DNA of 51,736 bases from Reclinomonas americana ATCC 50394. Its lineage: Eukaryota. This document shows, piece by piece, positions 23,565-37,174 of the stretch. Position 1 is the first letter of the stretch. Every line of letters starts with the position of its first letter. Location: the NCBI GenBank assembly GCA_048213135.1, contig PS015261.1, positions 38,905-90,640 of the forward strand, in the 5' to 3' direction. The position numbers and the translations under genes are program-made. The notes below the pieces were generated by a model. The model was given only the letters and a program-made list of their open reading frames with translations. It was not told the DNA's origin and did no database searches.

Positions 23565-24376
23565 NNNNNNNNNNNNNNNNNNNNNNNNNNNNNNNNNNNN
23601 NNNNNNNNNNNNNNNNNNNNNNNNNNNNNNNNNNNNNNNNNNNNNNNNNNNNNNNNNNNNNNNNNNNNNNNNNNNNNNNNNNNNNNNNNNNNNNNNNNNN
23701 NNNNNNNNNNNNNNNNNNNNNNNNNNNNNNNNNNNNNNNNNNNNNNNNNNNNNNNNNNNNNNNNNNNNNNNNNNNNNNNNNNNNNNNNNNNNNNNNNNNN
23801 NNNNNNNNNNNNNNNNNNNNNNNNNNNNNNNNNNNNNNNNNNNNNNNNNNNNNNNNNNNNNNNNNNNNNNNNNNNNNNNNNNNNNNNNNNNNNNNNNNNN
23901 NNNNNNNNNNNNNNNNNNNNNNNNNNNNNNNNNNNNNNNNNNNNNNNNNNNNNNNNNNNNNNNNNNNNNNNNNNNNNNNNNNNNNNNNNNNNNNNNNNNN
24001 NNNNNNNNNNNNNNNNNNNNNNNNNNNNNNNNNNNNNNNNNNNNNNNNNNNNNNNNNNNNNNNNNNNNNNNNNNNNNNNNNNNNNNNNNNNNNNNNNNNN
24101 NNNNNNNNNNNNNNNNNNNNNNNNNNNNNNNNNNNNNNNNNNNNNNNNNNNNNNNNNNNNNNNNNNNNNNNNNNNNNNNNNNNNNNNNNNNNNNNNNNNN
24201 NNNNNNNNNNNNNNNNNNNNNNNNNNNNNNNNNNNNNNNNNNNNNNNNNNNNNNNNNNNNNNNNNNNNNNNNNNNNNNNNNNNNNNNNNNNNNNNNNNNN
24301 NNNNNNNNNNNNNNNNNNNNNNNNNNNNNNNNNNNNNNNNNNNNNNNNNNNNNNNNNNNNNNNNNNNNNNNNNNNN

Positions 24377-24453
<77 letters not shown>

Positions 24454-26311
24454 CCCTCCCTCCACACTCACTGTTCCTCTCCCGGGATTCCTTCCTCTAC
24501 ACAACAGGTTTTACCGAGAGTATGCTCAACTCGGCCTCGGAGGTCGAGAGTCATCGAACAGCAGTCGTACCTCCGTCATCATCCCCGTCATCGTCATCAA
24601 GTGCGTGCTTGGATGCTGTGCAACAAGCGGGATTCAATCGTCGTGTGTACACGTGGATCGCCAAGGCTGTGCGGCACAAGCTCATGTTTCGTTCCGATGG
24701 ATGGCTGCCTGCCGTACTACACTCCTCATGCTCATCCATCATCGCCACCAGTCATCCATTGTTGAGCGAGCTGGCGACGTATGCGCATGGCGATGTGGAG
24801 ATGTGCCCCGAGTCGCTGGAGGTGGTGCAGCAGCGGCTTTTTGAGGGCGACAATGCGCAGGCGATCAATCATATCATGTTGCATTTGTATGGCGATAGTG
24901 CGACGGCGCATCAGGTGCCGCGGGCGCCGGAGAAACAGGAGGAGGTGTTGTCGGTGGGCAAGCAGCTGGGATTCAGTGTGAATCCGTCGTTCCGCGATAG
25001 GTGAGCGCCGCGTATTGCTGCCTCATTGCGGCGGCCAGCTTCTCACTCGCGGCTGTGCAGTCGGAGCGATTTGGATATCACGAGTCTGTCGCCGACACTG
25101 GCTGGCGACTTCCAGGCCCGGCAAGTGTTTGGCGACATGGCAGCCACGGTGCCACTGGGACTGGCGGCGCACTGCTTGACGGCGATGCCCGACTGGATTG
25201 GTGTTCGCCATGCGTCGACACCGGAGCCGCCATGTGACGGATTCGACACGTACGTGTTCCCGTCACCGTCGGCGCTGTCCACGGCCACCAATCAGACGCT
25301 CTTTGTGTGGGCCGCACAACCGCTGCCCGAGCGCGGCAGGGATGTGCAGAGCGAGGATCTGGGGAGGAATGGTGCGCCGTATGTGGAGTACGTCAATGCG
25401 CTAGTGCAAAACATGTTTGAGACGCCGCGGCCTGTGCGGTTACTCCATTTGTCGCGCACGGCGCTCGCCGGGGAGATTCCGCGCGGTGCCACGCAGTTTG
25501 TCGCGCACAAGTCGGTGTGGAGGTGCGAACACTATACGACAAGAGGGGGAGAGAAGGGGGAAGGGAGAGGGGAACATGTGTGTTTGATTGGTGCTCATGT
25601 CTGTGTGGTCAGGGACCTGGCCAAGCTGCACACGTTGTTCTTTGCGTATTTTTACGCGACGACGAATGGCGAATGTCCGTTTACAACACGCGAGCCGCGG
25701 CGGTGCTCGGTGGAGGTGGCGGAGAGGTTATGGCTGGCGTTTGCCATGATGGAGGAGCATCAGGTTTGTTNNNNNNNNNNNNNNNNNNNNNNNNNNNNNN
25801 NNNNNNNNNNNNNNNNNNNNNNNNNNNNNNNNNNNNNNNNNNNNNNNNNNNNNNNNNNNNNNNNNNNNNNNNNNNNNNNNNNNNNNNNNNNNNNNNNNNN
25901 NNNNNNNNNNNNNNNNNNNNNNNNNNNNNNNNNNTCCCCCTTGCTCTCCCCCCTTGCTCTCCCCCTTACCCTTTCCCTTGCTCTTCCCCCTTGCTCTTCC
26001 CCCTTGCTATTCCCCCTTGCTCTTCCCCCCATCTCTTCTCCCTCCCCTCACCCTTTCCCTCATTGCAGCTGGCCATCTTCCACCCCAACGATGTAACATA
26101 CGAACAATGCCCGGTGCCGCGGCAATACTCCGCAGGTGGTTTCACGGAACAGAAACCACACTTTTCACAATCGCTGGTCGATCGCCTCTTTGACGCGCTC
26201 ATGCAATGCAATGAGCTGGCCGCCGCCGAGCATCGCAGCGCCTTCTCCTCCTGGATCTCGCCGCTGGCGAGGTTATTCACACCACAACCGAACCATCACA
26301 AGCAGCCATGA
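23103..26311 (+). CDS. Type II membrane or secreted protein of unknown function (two gaps lie in introns)
   Basis: N-terminal hydrophobic anchor, Ser-rich stem and Cys-containing luminal region; phase-consistent exons from 24508, 25061, 25613 and 26069. Confidence 0.75.
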
Positions 26312-26615
26312 CGCTGGTCTTTCGCCGTTGTTTATTGTAAAGACCTTCGTGGTGCTTGTATTGTAATTAATCGAGGGCTGCGTGATAAGCAAAGGCTGAG
26401 GGGATTGAGGAGATCTTGACGTGCCAGCTGTGAAGGAAGGGTCACAAGATAGTGTCGAGATCACGGTTCTCGTGTCAGGGACTTCCGTCCAGGATCACGC
26501 CAGGGAGCCTGTCGTCGGCCGCCACCACCGTGCTCGAAGTCGACAACCCACCCAACACCTCGAGCTACGAGATCGACAACACGGTGTGGACTGTGGCCGT
26601 TATAGGCATCGATTT

Positions 26616-26700
26616 TTTCCTCGTTTTCTTCGCGACCGACTCAGTTTCTGGTACTCTCTCAGGATGGATCATCATGCAACTGTGTTGTTGTTGTTGTTGC
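26616..26700. repeat. Dispersed repeat family, copy D, ending in a (TTG)n tract
   Basis: Homologous to 4733-4868. Confidence 0.7.
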
Positions 26701-26775
26701 CAGCCCTACAAAAGCCGTTCTGTAAGCCTCGAATTTTGGCGGGAACATCGATCGTTGGCACCGAGAGCGATCGCA

Positions 26776-29700
26776 ATGGTGCACCTCCCTCTCTCCCTCC
26801 CTCTCCCCTGACTCTCATCGCTCACTGCCTCACACAGTTGATCATTCGACGATTGCCATCGTCCCCAGAGGAGCACTGCTCAGTGAGCGTGCGCGAAGAC
26901 AACACATCACACGAGACACTGGTACTCTCACTCTCTCTCTTTCTCACACTCTCTCACACACTCACACTCTCTATCTCCCCCTCACAGGTGGTCACCTCAT
27001 ACCCTCTGCGCACACTTCGCCAATCGGTGCCGGCAATGCCGACCGATCAACAACAACAACAACAAGAGGAGGAGACAGTGATCGCCGCCAACACCCTTCT
27101 TCCTGCACACGCAGGCACACAACACACCAACGAACTGTTTACAGTACCGCTGATCGCCAGCTGGTTGCTTTACACACTGGCACCGACGCAATTCGCCCAC
27201 GAGCTGCGACGACAATCGAGAAACGAGCACGAGTTGTCTGCGTCTGTGTCTGCGGTGTCGAGTGAGATGGTGGACGCGTTGCGCAAACGCGTGGTCGATA
27301 TGCATGTCAAGCACATGTCGCGGGCGTTGAGTGAGGAGCAGCTGGGAATCGTTGAGCAGGCGTTGCAGAGGGATGTGCGCGAGCTGTTGCCGCCGGAACA
27401 AGAGGGATTGGCGGCGATGCTGTCGTGGGTGCGCGACTTTGTCTGCTGCTGTCTGAGCGCAGTCTGGCGTGTTCATCTCTTGTGTGTATGTGCAGCGGAG
27501 ATCGATGAACGAGAATGTGTCGGTCATTACGCGCGTTCGCAAGCTCGTGGAGAGTCGTCGTGCTGCTGGTGCTGGTGGTTCGCCATCGCCGGCGGAGCAG
27601 CTGGCGGTGCATCTGCGTGATATCGTTGCGCGTGGGCCGGCGTGGATTCGTCAGCTGGCGCGTCTGGCCGAGGCGTTGCAGGCGACACAGATGCAGTTGT
27701 GTTTCTTCCTTATATCCTTCCCACTCTTCTCGCTCTCACACCCGCTGGCAGACGAGAATGCCTGAAGCTGATCGCCGAGTTGCAACCCGAAGCACCCTCG
27801 CCACTGGCGTCGGCGAGTCCAGCTGCACCGCGTCGCGCCAGTGCGACTCCATCGACGCCATTCGATGACGAGGATTTTCACAGTGCGCCTTCACGACCGC
27901 AGCAGCGGCCGAGCATCTTGCTGGGTGCGGCGACGCCGACTGGCCTCGACTCGCCGTGGCGCGGGAATGGCGAGGCCGTCAGTACGCCATTCGATTCGCC
28001 GCCGACCTCGGCCAAGGACAGCGATAGCTTGGTGGAGCAGGGCGACAATGCGTCGGGCGATGAACTGCAGATCGATCCCGACGATTTGTTGTCGGGGCGC
28101 TCTCCCGTGCTGGTGAATCCGCACTGGCGTGGCGAGGATCGCTCTCCGTCGCTGCAGACAAGCGACGACGGCGGTTCGGTGTCACCTGTGGGTTTCTCGG
28201 GCGCGCAGTCGCCCGCTGAAGTCAGTGCGGCCATGGTGCCTCCGCTCGGCAGTCTGGCGTCCCTGCTGACCACCCTCGAGGCCGTGTCGCCGTCACAATT
28301 GCCGTCGACCGACCTGTCGCCAGCGCCACCACCCAAGCCACCGCTGCATTCGCCGCCGCGCACCGAGCTGCAGCAGCTGGCGCTGGTGGACGTGCATCAG
28401 CTGTCGTCCTCCTCTGCGGAGCAGCTCAACAGTTCGGTGCGGCGGCGGGCTGCCACTCTGCCGAGCATCGACACCACTGTGTCAGTCTCCTCGCCAGCAC
28501 TGGCAGCTGCAGCGGCAGGCAGTCGTGCATCACCCACTTCGCAGTCACGGGCGTCGCCTCTCGGCAAGCCGCCGCGCTCGCCTCCACCTGTCAGCCGCTC
28601 TGCATCGCTGCCGCCATCGCCGCTGGTGCTGGGCGCGGCGGGGACCGCGAAAGCTGCAGTGGTGCGGCCGCATGACGGTGATGCCATGGTCCGTTCGTTT
28701 GAGGGCTACGTGAGTACGACTCGTCGCTTTCCCCTCAACGCCCCTTGCATCCCCTGACGCCTGTTGTATCAGATCAACGACGAAAAGAATAGTGTGGTGG
28801 CCGCGCTGCAGCGCGAGCTGCGACGCGTAACGCAGGAGCGAATTGACGCGCAGCGGAAAGCGTTTGAGATGAAACAACGGTTCTGTGCAATCGCCAAGCG
28901 GTGATTGACGCGCCACCCTTTGTGCTCACCCTCTCTGCCTCCTCTTTGTAGGTACGAGCAGTATGCCGACGTGCACAAGGTGGACGGCCGCGTTCCCGTG
29001 GATCCCGGCGCGTTTCGAAAAGCCGAGGCGGAGAATGCCGTGGTCGCCGGCAACCTGCAAGTGCTGAGCAAGATGGAGACGCACCTGAAAAAGGCAATTG
29101 CCGACGAGGTGGAGGCCATTAGGAAATTGGAGGGCGAGCGTCACGAGTGGGAGACCAAGGTTGGTGCCATCCATCGCGTGCATGTCTTTGATCGTATGCA
29201 CTCAACTCTCATGCCCATGCACAGCAATTCATCGCCGAGGAGAAGGTGCAGCTGCAGCAGGTGCTGCAGGAGTTGCGCGAGAATCTCCAGCGGCTAGAGG
29301 CGCAGACTGCGCACATGCGCAGCATGAAGGTTCGATCGCCCCGCGCCGAGCGCATGTCGTCCCCCCTGCTCACTGCAATGTAGAATGAGCTGCAACGGCT
29401 GAAAACGGTGCGGGCCAACGAGGAGGCAGAGTTGCGCCGACTGCAGAGCACCTACACGCAGCTGCTGGACAAGGCGAGCGCCATGCAGGAGCAGGATCGC
29501 CGAAGCGCGCCGCTGGGTTTGGAGTCGAGCGCTGACGATGTGGCCGAGGCCCTGGAATCCGACATTGTCACCGTCGATCAGCTGCAGGCCGAGCACGACG
29601 CTCTGCATCAGCAACTCCGCGAACTCACCGAGCAAGTGGCCAGTGAGCGCCAAGTGCGTTGACAATCACTCTCCGTGTGCTTCAACCTCACTCTCACCAA

Positions 29701-32700
29701 CCCACCCACCCACCTGCCATCGCTCACAGACGGTGGAGGAGATGGAAGGCGTCAACAGCAGCCTCCTTAACGAGATCCGGCAAGTGGCGGAGAAGGTTCA
29801 TGTCTTTTCTACCACGCCCTTCAAGGAGCACAGCCGAGCGGCGCTGGCCTCGCCGCCAAGCCCAGTCCGCACTGCTCCTCCCCAGCATTCTACAATGGCG
29901 GTGGCGGCGGCGGCCGCGGCATCGGTGCCTGCAGCGCAATCGGTCGCGACGCTGCTTGCTCAACGCCCCGAGTTTATTGGCCACCATCGCGACTCCAGTG
30001 ACCACATTTTCGGGGCGTTCCCGCGACTGCTGCGTTCGTCGCCACCACCACCACCCGGCATTGGACCGTTGCCGCCGGATCCGTTCTCTCGGACGCACGC
30101 GGCGAGTCACGGGTGGGCGGAGGAGCAGCAGCAGCAACACGCAGGGCCACTGTGGAGCTCGACAGGCGGCACACGCGGCTTGGCTCACCTGTACAATGCT
30201 CAACGAGCCACACCCATACCGCGCTCTATCGACCGCGATGTACAGCAGCTGCTGGGACCGCCGCCTGCTGCGCCCTTTGGGTCGCGGTACAGCGACAATG
30301 GCTCACCGCAGGCCTTCCTCCCCGACGGCAACGGCGACGGCGGTGGCGTGGTCATCACGCACGAACAGGTGCGGGCACGGCCTCGCGCCGCCTCTGCCAG
30401 TGGCCGCGTGCTGTCGACACGATCGTCGCGACCGTCGTCCCCCATGGTGTCACCGCAAAAGGTGAGCGTCAGCGTGCAGACGCAGGCACTTGCAGCAGCA
30501 CCGCCTGTGGCAGCGAAAGCTCCTCAACAGCAGCAACAACAGCAACAGCAACGCGCACCACCTGCTGCTGCACAGGCATCGACAACAGCAACGACGCCAG
30601 CACCAGCCGCCAATGCCGTGGGAGCCCGAAAACCATCGCGCGCCACCCCCGCCGCACCGCCATCACCAGTAGCATCGATGCACGCGGCTGCCGCAGCGGC
30701 GGTGGCTTCCGCGGCCGTGTCACCGGATGCCGCTGCCGCGAGGTCGCGAGCACAACCTTCCGTCGCTACCGCGGCATCACAGCCCGCCCGCCAGGTCGAG
30801 CGTTCGTCCAGCTTGCCGCGACGACGTCCTACCAATGACGAGCGGCCTTCTGATGTGCGGCGGCAACCACAGTCACCACCTCGTGCCACCGCCCCGCAAC
30901 AAATGGCACCTCCACCTCGGCAGCAGTCGCCGCCTCCGCCACCTCCCCAACCTGTTGCGGCTTCTGCGACAGTGAGACCATGGCGCCGACCGCCGGCGAC
31001 CAACGATACCGCACCGTCACCAAAAGCGTCGTCGTCGCCACCCATTGTGGTGATGGAGGGCAAGAAGCGACCGGCGCACGTGCCGCAGCCGTCGTCGTCG
31101 CCACCGCCGGCACGTCCGGGAGTGGCCCGAAAGATGGCCGAAAAGCAGCGATTGGAGGCCAGCGAGACAGATCGTGCGTTGCATGGCGCACATGCACAAT
31201 CATCGCCCCCTCGGCGACCGTCGCCGCCACCCAGCTGTTGCGTACACACCATAGTTTCCACACATGTTTGATTCTTCGCTCATTTTTGCGTAAATCGCAG
31301 ACCTCCGCCACGATGGACACAGCAACGACCATGAATTGCCTCTGGGCGGCGATGACGAGCGTCGACGTGGTGGTACGGATGACACGACGGCGCTGTCGGC
31401 GGAGCACGGGTCGCCACCGTCCCAGTCGTGGATCCCGGAACGCGATTTCTCCTTCATGATGCAGCAGCACGGCTTGTCTTCGCAAGTGCCCACGATGAGC
31501 GACGACGACGACTACAATGTCGTCACTGATGAAGATGCGCAGCCGGTGGAGCCGCAGCCCATCATCCGCCGACCACACCCACCACCGTTCATGTCACCCA
31601 TTGTCGCTGTTCCCGACGACGACGACGATCCCTCGAATGATGGTCGTACGAGGTTTGTCGCAGTTTACGTGTACCTTGTCTGCCGACAACTCGCATGTCT
31701 GACCTGTTGGATGTGGCGCAGTGAGCGTGAGAGTGCAGGCGATCGCACACCCAACAACGACTCGGGTTCCGTGTCCGCCGACAGCCCTCGACGTGGAGTC
31801 CGCGACGTGTCGCCAGAGGAGCAAGCAGGAGAAGGAGAAGACGAAGATTACGAGGAGAGGTACGACGATCGAGAGACTGGTGATGATGGCGACGACGAAG
31901 AGCAGGGGCATTCTGATCCGCGGGAGCGAGGCGACGACGGGGACGGTGACAATGAGGAGGTGGAAGGTCACGGGGAGGACGATGAGGAGTTGATTGTGCA
32001 CCACGCTCCACCGCGGAGACGCACAGGTGCAGTACGGCCGCCTCCACGACTGGCGGTGCAGGAGCGAGAGAGCAGAATAGCTGGTGAGTTGTGCGTGGGG
32101 TGGATGATGAAGTTGCGCACCTCTTGATTCTCACGGGCGAGCTGCAGAGCAACGTGCGGCTGTTCGCAGCGCCAGTGTCGGTGCACGTCGTCGACCAACT
32201 CCAGTGCGAAGTGCGTCGCACGTGGATCCAGTGGTATGCCGAAAGAGCATTGCGCGCACTTCGCTTCACTGCCTCATGTCGCGGTTCGCACAGAATGCAC
32301 GACCCAGCTTCCATGCCTCGTCGGGCAGCATCTCTCCCACGCGTCGCTCGCTGGCTGGTGGCTCCATGCTGTCGGTGGTGAGCTCAGGAACACAGAGAAA
32401 CAGGAGCCGCAGTGGTGCGACGCTCACTTTTTTGTTCAGAACTCGGACACGTCACGTGCGCTGGACCCAGACACGGCTCGCCGACTGGCGCAGCGTCGGG
32501 CTGCGGCGATTCATGTGTGTGACAATGTGCTTCTTGCTCTCGTTGCTCTAGTGGAGGCTCATCCTTTTCTTCGAAAACGTGCAGCGCCAGGAGAAAGAAA
32601 AGGAACGCCTGGAAAAGGTGCGAGAGGAGGAGAAGAGGCGGCGTCTTGCCGAGCTGGATTCACTGCGTGCGGAGATTGCGCGCCAGCGAGCCGACAATAC

Positions 32701-34402
32701 CCATCCACGCGATGTCCTCAATGTGCAGGTCTCGAGAGATGCTGGTGGCGCGCACAGTCAATGTCGATTGCTGTTCTCTGAAAATGGTGTCTCTCAGCAG
32801 GTCCAGCAGGATGCTGAGATTGAGCAAGTGAAGCGCGAGATTGACGAGGAGCGGAATCGCGCAGCCAACATCGCCCGCATGCGGTATGTGCCTGGTTGAG
32901 ATTGGGAGAGTTGCATGGGTGACCGCTAATCATCTTTCCATGCTGCGCAGCGCCATTGCTCGAGCCAAAGCGTTCAGACAAGAACAGGAGGAGCGACAAC
33001 GACAGATGGAGGAGCAGCGCAAGGTCGCAGAGCTGGAGAAGTGGCGACGACGAGACGAGGTGTGCTCGGATTGTTTCTCATGGCAGCTGTGCGCTCTCCC
33101 TCACTTCACGCACGCAGCGCATCAACCAATTCCTGTCGAAGCAACAGGAGGAGTTTGAGCGCGACAAGGGTATGTCGCGTGCTTGCCAAGTGCATACCAC
33201 CCTCACGACCTCACTGAACCCTCGTGCGTTTCGCAGTCAACCTCAACTCCTCCCCCAGCAAGAGCGGTTCTCCACCAGCGACTCCACCGCCTCCTGCATC
33301 CCGATCGCCTCCACCGCGATCGTCACCACCGCCACCACCACCCCGTCGGTCCGCAGCACCACCTGCAGCTGCCTCTCGGCGGTCGCAGTCCCCGGCTGTC
33401 CAGACGCCATCTCCTCCTCCTCCACCACCACCGCAGCCATCACAACAGCCACAGCAGCATGCCGCCCCAGCTTCTGTGGTCGTCCCGTCTCTCGACCTGT
33501 CTGCGACAACAATGGCGGCGACGGCGGCACCTCCGCGAGGCCGTGCCACGAAACCCAAGGCACCCAAGGTCATCAAGACCGATTCAGCCGCGCGCCAGCC
33601 GTACGTCCCCGATGTGGTGGTTCTCATTCCACCACCCAGGCGAGCCTCTTCGCCTCAAGTGCCGCAGCGCACTGACGCCCCTTCTGCCGACGACACTGCT
33701 GTCACGACGACGACGACGACCACCACCACCACCGCTGCTGCGGCATCAGCACCGAGTGTTGTTGCCACGGATGCACCGCCGGCGTCCAACGAAACGGAGG
33801 CTCCACCGGCACCCGCCGCGAAGCGGCCACAGCCGTCCGCAAAGGCACCCACTGTGGTTGCCATCAAGTCGGTGTCGACACCTACTCCTCCTCTACCGAC
33901 AGCGACTGTGGTGGCCACACCTCCTCTTCCTCCTCCTCAGCCGGCAACAGATGCGACCAGCGCTCGAGAGGACCAGGAGAACACGCGTCCGAGTGGAGCC
34001 ACACCACTGCGCAGTCGCATCCCGGTACCTGGTGCCTCGCGCATACCCACACCGTCGTCGACCAATCGTGCGCCGTCGCGGAGCAAGGTGCCGGCGCCAT
34101 CTCCGGGTCCAGCGCGCTCCGCCACCCCCAAGTCCGAATCCAGCATCGACCATCACACCAGCTCGTCGAGTGATGCGGTGTCGGCGAGCGACTCGCGCCT
34201 GCAGGTGTTGTCACCACTCGCTCCGACCGGCAAGACGGCGCATGCGGCGGCGGCAACGGCGACGGCGGCGACGTCGAACACTACGACCTCGGAATTTGTC
34301 GAGCTGGAGAGGGTACTGGCTGGTGAGGGTGCGGTCGGAACGGATTCAGAACCGCTGACCGCCGAAGACCTGCGCTTGCTGGCCGAACTGGACGACCTGT
34401 GA
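26776..34402 (+). CDS. Very large (~2000 aa) coiled-coil plus Pro/Ser/Ala low-complexity protein
   Basis: ATG|GTGCAC first exon; ~19 short introns chain in phase; coiled coils near 28770-29790 and 32585-33170; ends LLAELDDL*. Confidence 0.75.
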
Positions 34403-34470
34403 GTCAATTAATTTATCTCAAAACTAACCCACTCTCATCATCCACAATCATTAGCGGTTTCTCCATTCGT

Positions 34471-37053
34471 TCATCTTCGTCGCGTGGTACGCTTCGGAGG
34501 ACTCATTACTCGTACTCGCTTAGTGGCCGCCACTGCCAGCACTCCCACCGGGTCCGCCCATTCGCCCTCCAGCATTGCTGAGAGAGTCTTGGTGTCGTAA
34601 CGCGACTGGCGCTCCCCGCCAGCTCCTCCGGGCCCGCGTCCGCGGCTCGGCGGTGTGGTGCGCCGGGTTGGGTGGTGTGCGGTCGAAACGAATGCCGGCG
34701 GAGCTTCGGGAGAACCCACTCGACTGTTGCCGGCGGTCGCCGACAGCGGTGGTACGCTGGACGACCTCGTGTGCAGCAGTGTCGTCGGTGAAAAGTGCAC
34801 CGAGTGCTTTGCTCGTCGCGACGGAGACTGCTGGCGAGGCGGCTCTGGCGGCACGTGCACGGCGAGGGTGTCTCGCTCAATCGCTCTGCGCACACCAACA
34901 AGCTGTGAGTCAGCGGAGGAGTTGTGACTAGACGTGAACATGGTCGACTCACTTGGGTTCGGGGCGGGGTGAGTCGGCGGGCGTGTCGCTGGCACTCTGG
35001 CCTGCCGACGTCGCCGCCGAGAGCGCATCGACATTGTCAGCTGGCTGAGCGTCTGCCTCCTTGACAGGCGGCGACGAATGCCGGTGTATTCTGGCGGGGA
35101 GGGTTGGCGTCGGTGGTGGCCTGTCGCCAGGGTCCGCTTCGCCAGTCAAGGTCGTCGTTCGATGCACCAGCGTTGCCTGCACCTCCAGTTGCGCTTGCAA
35201 CCACGCACGTTGTCGCTGCAACTCCTGCACCAGCCGCCTGCACGCGAAGAAGGAATGAGAGGGGGCAGAGGAGATTGACGGTGACGGGAAGATGACGCAC
35301 TCGTATCGCGCGTTCTCGCGTTGCAGATGCTCGACCGCAGGATGGGGTCCGGAGGCTCGCTGTGCAGCGTGTCGCAGGAAGATGACGCTGTCCTCGAGAT
35401 CTCGTACTTGATTATCGCGATCGTCGATGATGGAAACCAGGGCCTCCACGGTTTTGCGGTATTTCTCTGTTTCCAATTCCAGCGCTCTGCGCAGAGCGAG
35501 TAAGGCGACGGTGATGGCTGCTGTTGCGAGAAAAAGGACTCACCGGATGGTCTGCTTCAGTGCGTCGATCTCGCGCCGTCGCTTATCCTGCTCGCGCGAC
35601 AAGTGGAGGGAGTGTGACCGCTGCAGCAATGGCGGTGGCGACGACGACGAAGGCGACGACGAGTGTGATGAGGGCGATAGAGACGAGCCATGCGTGCGAC
35701 CTCGGCGAGTAGCATGCGATGGTGACCACTCGCTGTGCGTTTGTGAACGACTGCGCGCGTGGTTGTGGGTTTCGATGATGCCCGGCGCAGACTGCAAGTG
35801 ATGGATCACTCGTGTCTGGTTCTCCACGTGGTGTTGCAGTCGGCGAAAGATGACATTCGCGAGTTTTCCGAGTGATGGCGAGTTGCGCGAGACCTGCGAC
35901 AGTGGTGTAAACGCGCACGCAAACAAGAGGGTCGACAACGAATGCAGGAAACGCACGTGTTCCAGCATCTCGGTGGTGAACGGTGCAAGGATGTCGATTT
36001 CAAGCTCCACCTTGTCGATGCCACTCGTCGGTGAAGCAGCAGCCAACTCTGTGCGCAGCTGCTGGGCCAATGACTTGGCCAGCGCCGCCACTTGTATCCT
36101 GCGTGATGATTGCATGATCGTCAGTGGCAAGCAGCACAAATGCTGCAGTTCTTCTTCTTGCTCACTCACCGTGTCTCTGCACTCTCCGAATCGTCCTGCA
36201 CGCGAGAGAACATACCAACACACAGTAGGCGAAGCACATGCACCTCCGTTAGGTCACACGAGCGGTCATCGCTGGGAAACGCATGCGTTTCGCGTACCGC
36301 GCTGCTCTTCGCCACTGTTTCCACCTCCTGCAGTCGCTGCAACAACACCTTCAGTGCGGTGGCCTGCGCAACGTCCTCCTCGATCGTCTCGTTGGAGTGC
36401 GATAGTAGCTCTCTGTGGCGATGCGAGGATTGAGGAGCAAGAATCGGAAGCAGTGGAAAACAGTATGCAGGCGCAACACTTGATCCTCCTGTCGCAATGG
36501 AAACTCCCGGCGAAGAGCAGCCACAATGTCGGGCTGCGGGGCCAACAGGTCTTCCACGCCTGTTTCGGCCAAGGCACGGCGTCGAATGCGACTCTCGTCG
36601 GAGAACTGCACACAATTCACAGGGAGAGCGATGTGAGGGCAGCTGAAAACGACGACTTGTGCATCAGCACGACTCACCATTTCGTCGAAACGATTCATCG
36701 CCAAGTGCACAGGGGCGGGGGTGGCGTGATGCGAGAGAGTGGCAGTCGCAGGCTCGTCGAACACCACCGGCGGTGAGAGTGCGTGCACAGGCAGTGAGGC
36801 CCATGCGACAGGATCGCGACAGCCGGCCGGCACAAATCCAGCAACCGCAGGAGCGTACTGCATCAGCACGCTGCTGCCGCCCGCAGCATTCGGTGAAGTG
36901 GGGCTCTTGCGCTGCGCAAGAAAAAGGAGAGTGAGTGAGAGAACACAGATCAGAGCGCGCGAATGGAGTGGTGGAATAAGACACACACACCGGGATTTCT
37001 GGAAAACGCACGGATGCCGCTGTGCGTGCATCTACTGCTGTGGGGCTCGACAT
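34471..37053 (-). CDS. Coiled-coil hypothetical protein with weak resemblance to axonemal dynein light chain p28-like domains
   Basis: About 10 phase-consistent exons; EIDILAPFTTEMLEHVSRNSPSLGKLANVIFRRL loosely resembles the E-x-Y...F-x-ELIRQV...RG-x-LL pattern. The family link is low confidence. Confidence 0.65.
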
Positions 37054-37174
37054 GCCGAGCAGAGACACACACTCTGTGATATGTGGAGGAGGGAGTCCAC
37101 GCTTTTGGTCAATACTATTTGTCTGTTTCTTGGCGGGTCTACAGAAACCGGCGTACATAAATTGATGTATCTCC

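Noticed and set aside
26368-26565. Possible small spliced minus-strand gene ending ...WHVKISSIPSAFAYHAALD*
   Set aside because: Splice sites are plausible but there is no convincing start, frame choice or homology.
26630-26680. Box C/D snoRNA (ATGATGA...CTGA on the minus strand)
   Set aside because: Very short, the D box is not conserved in the other family copies, and no rRNA guide was recognised.
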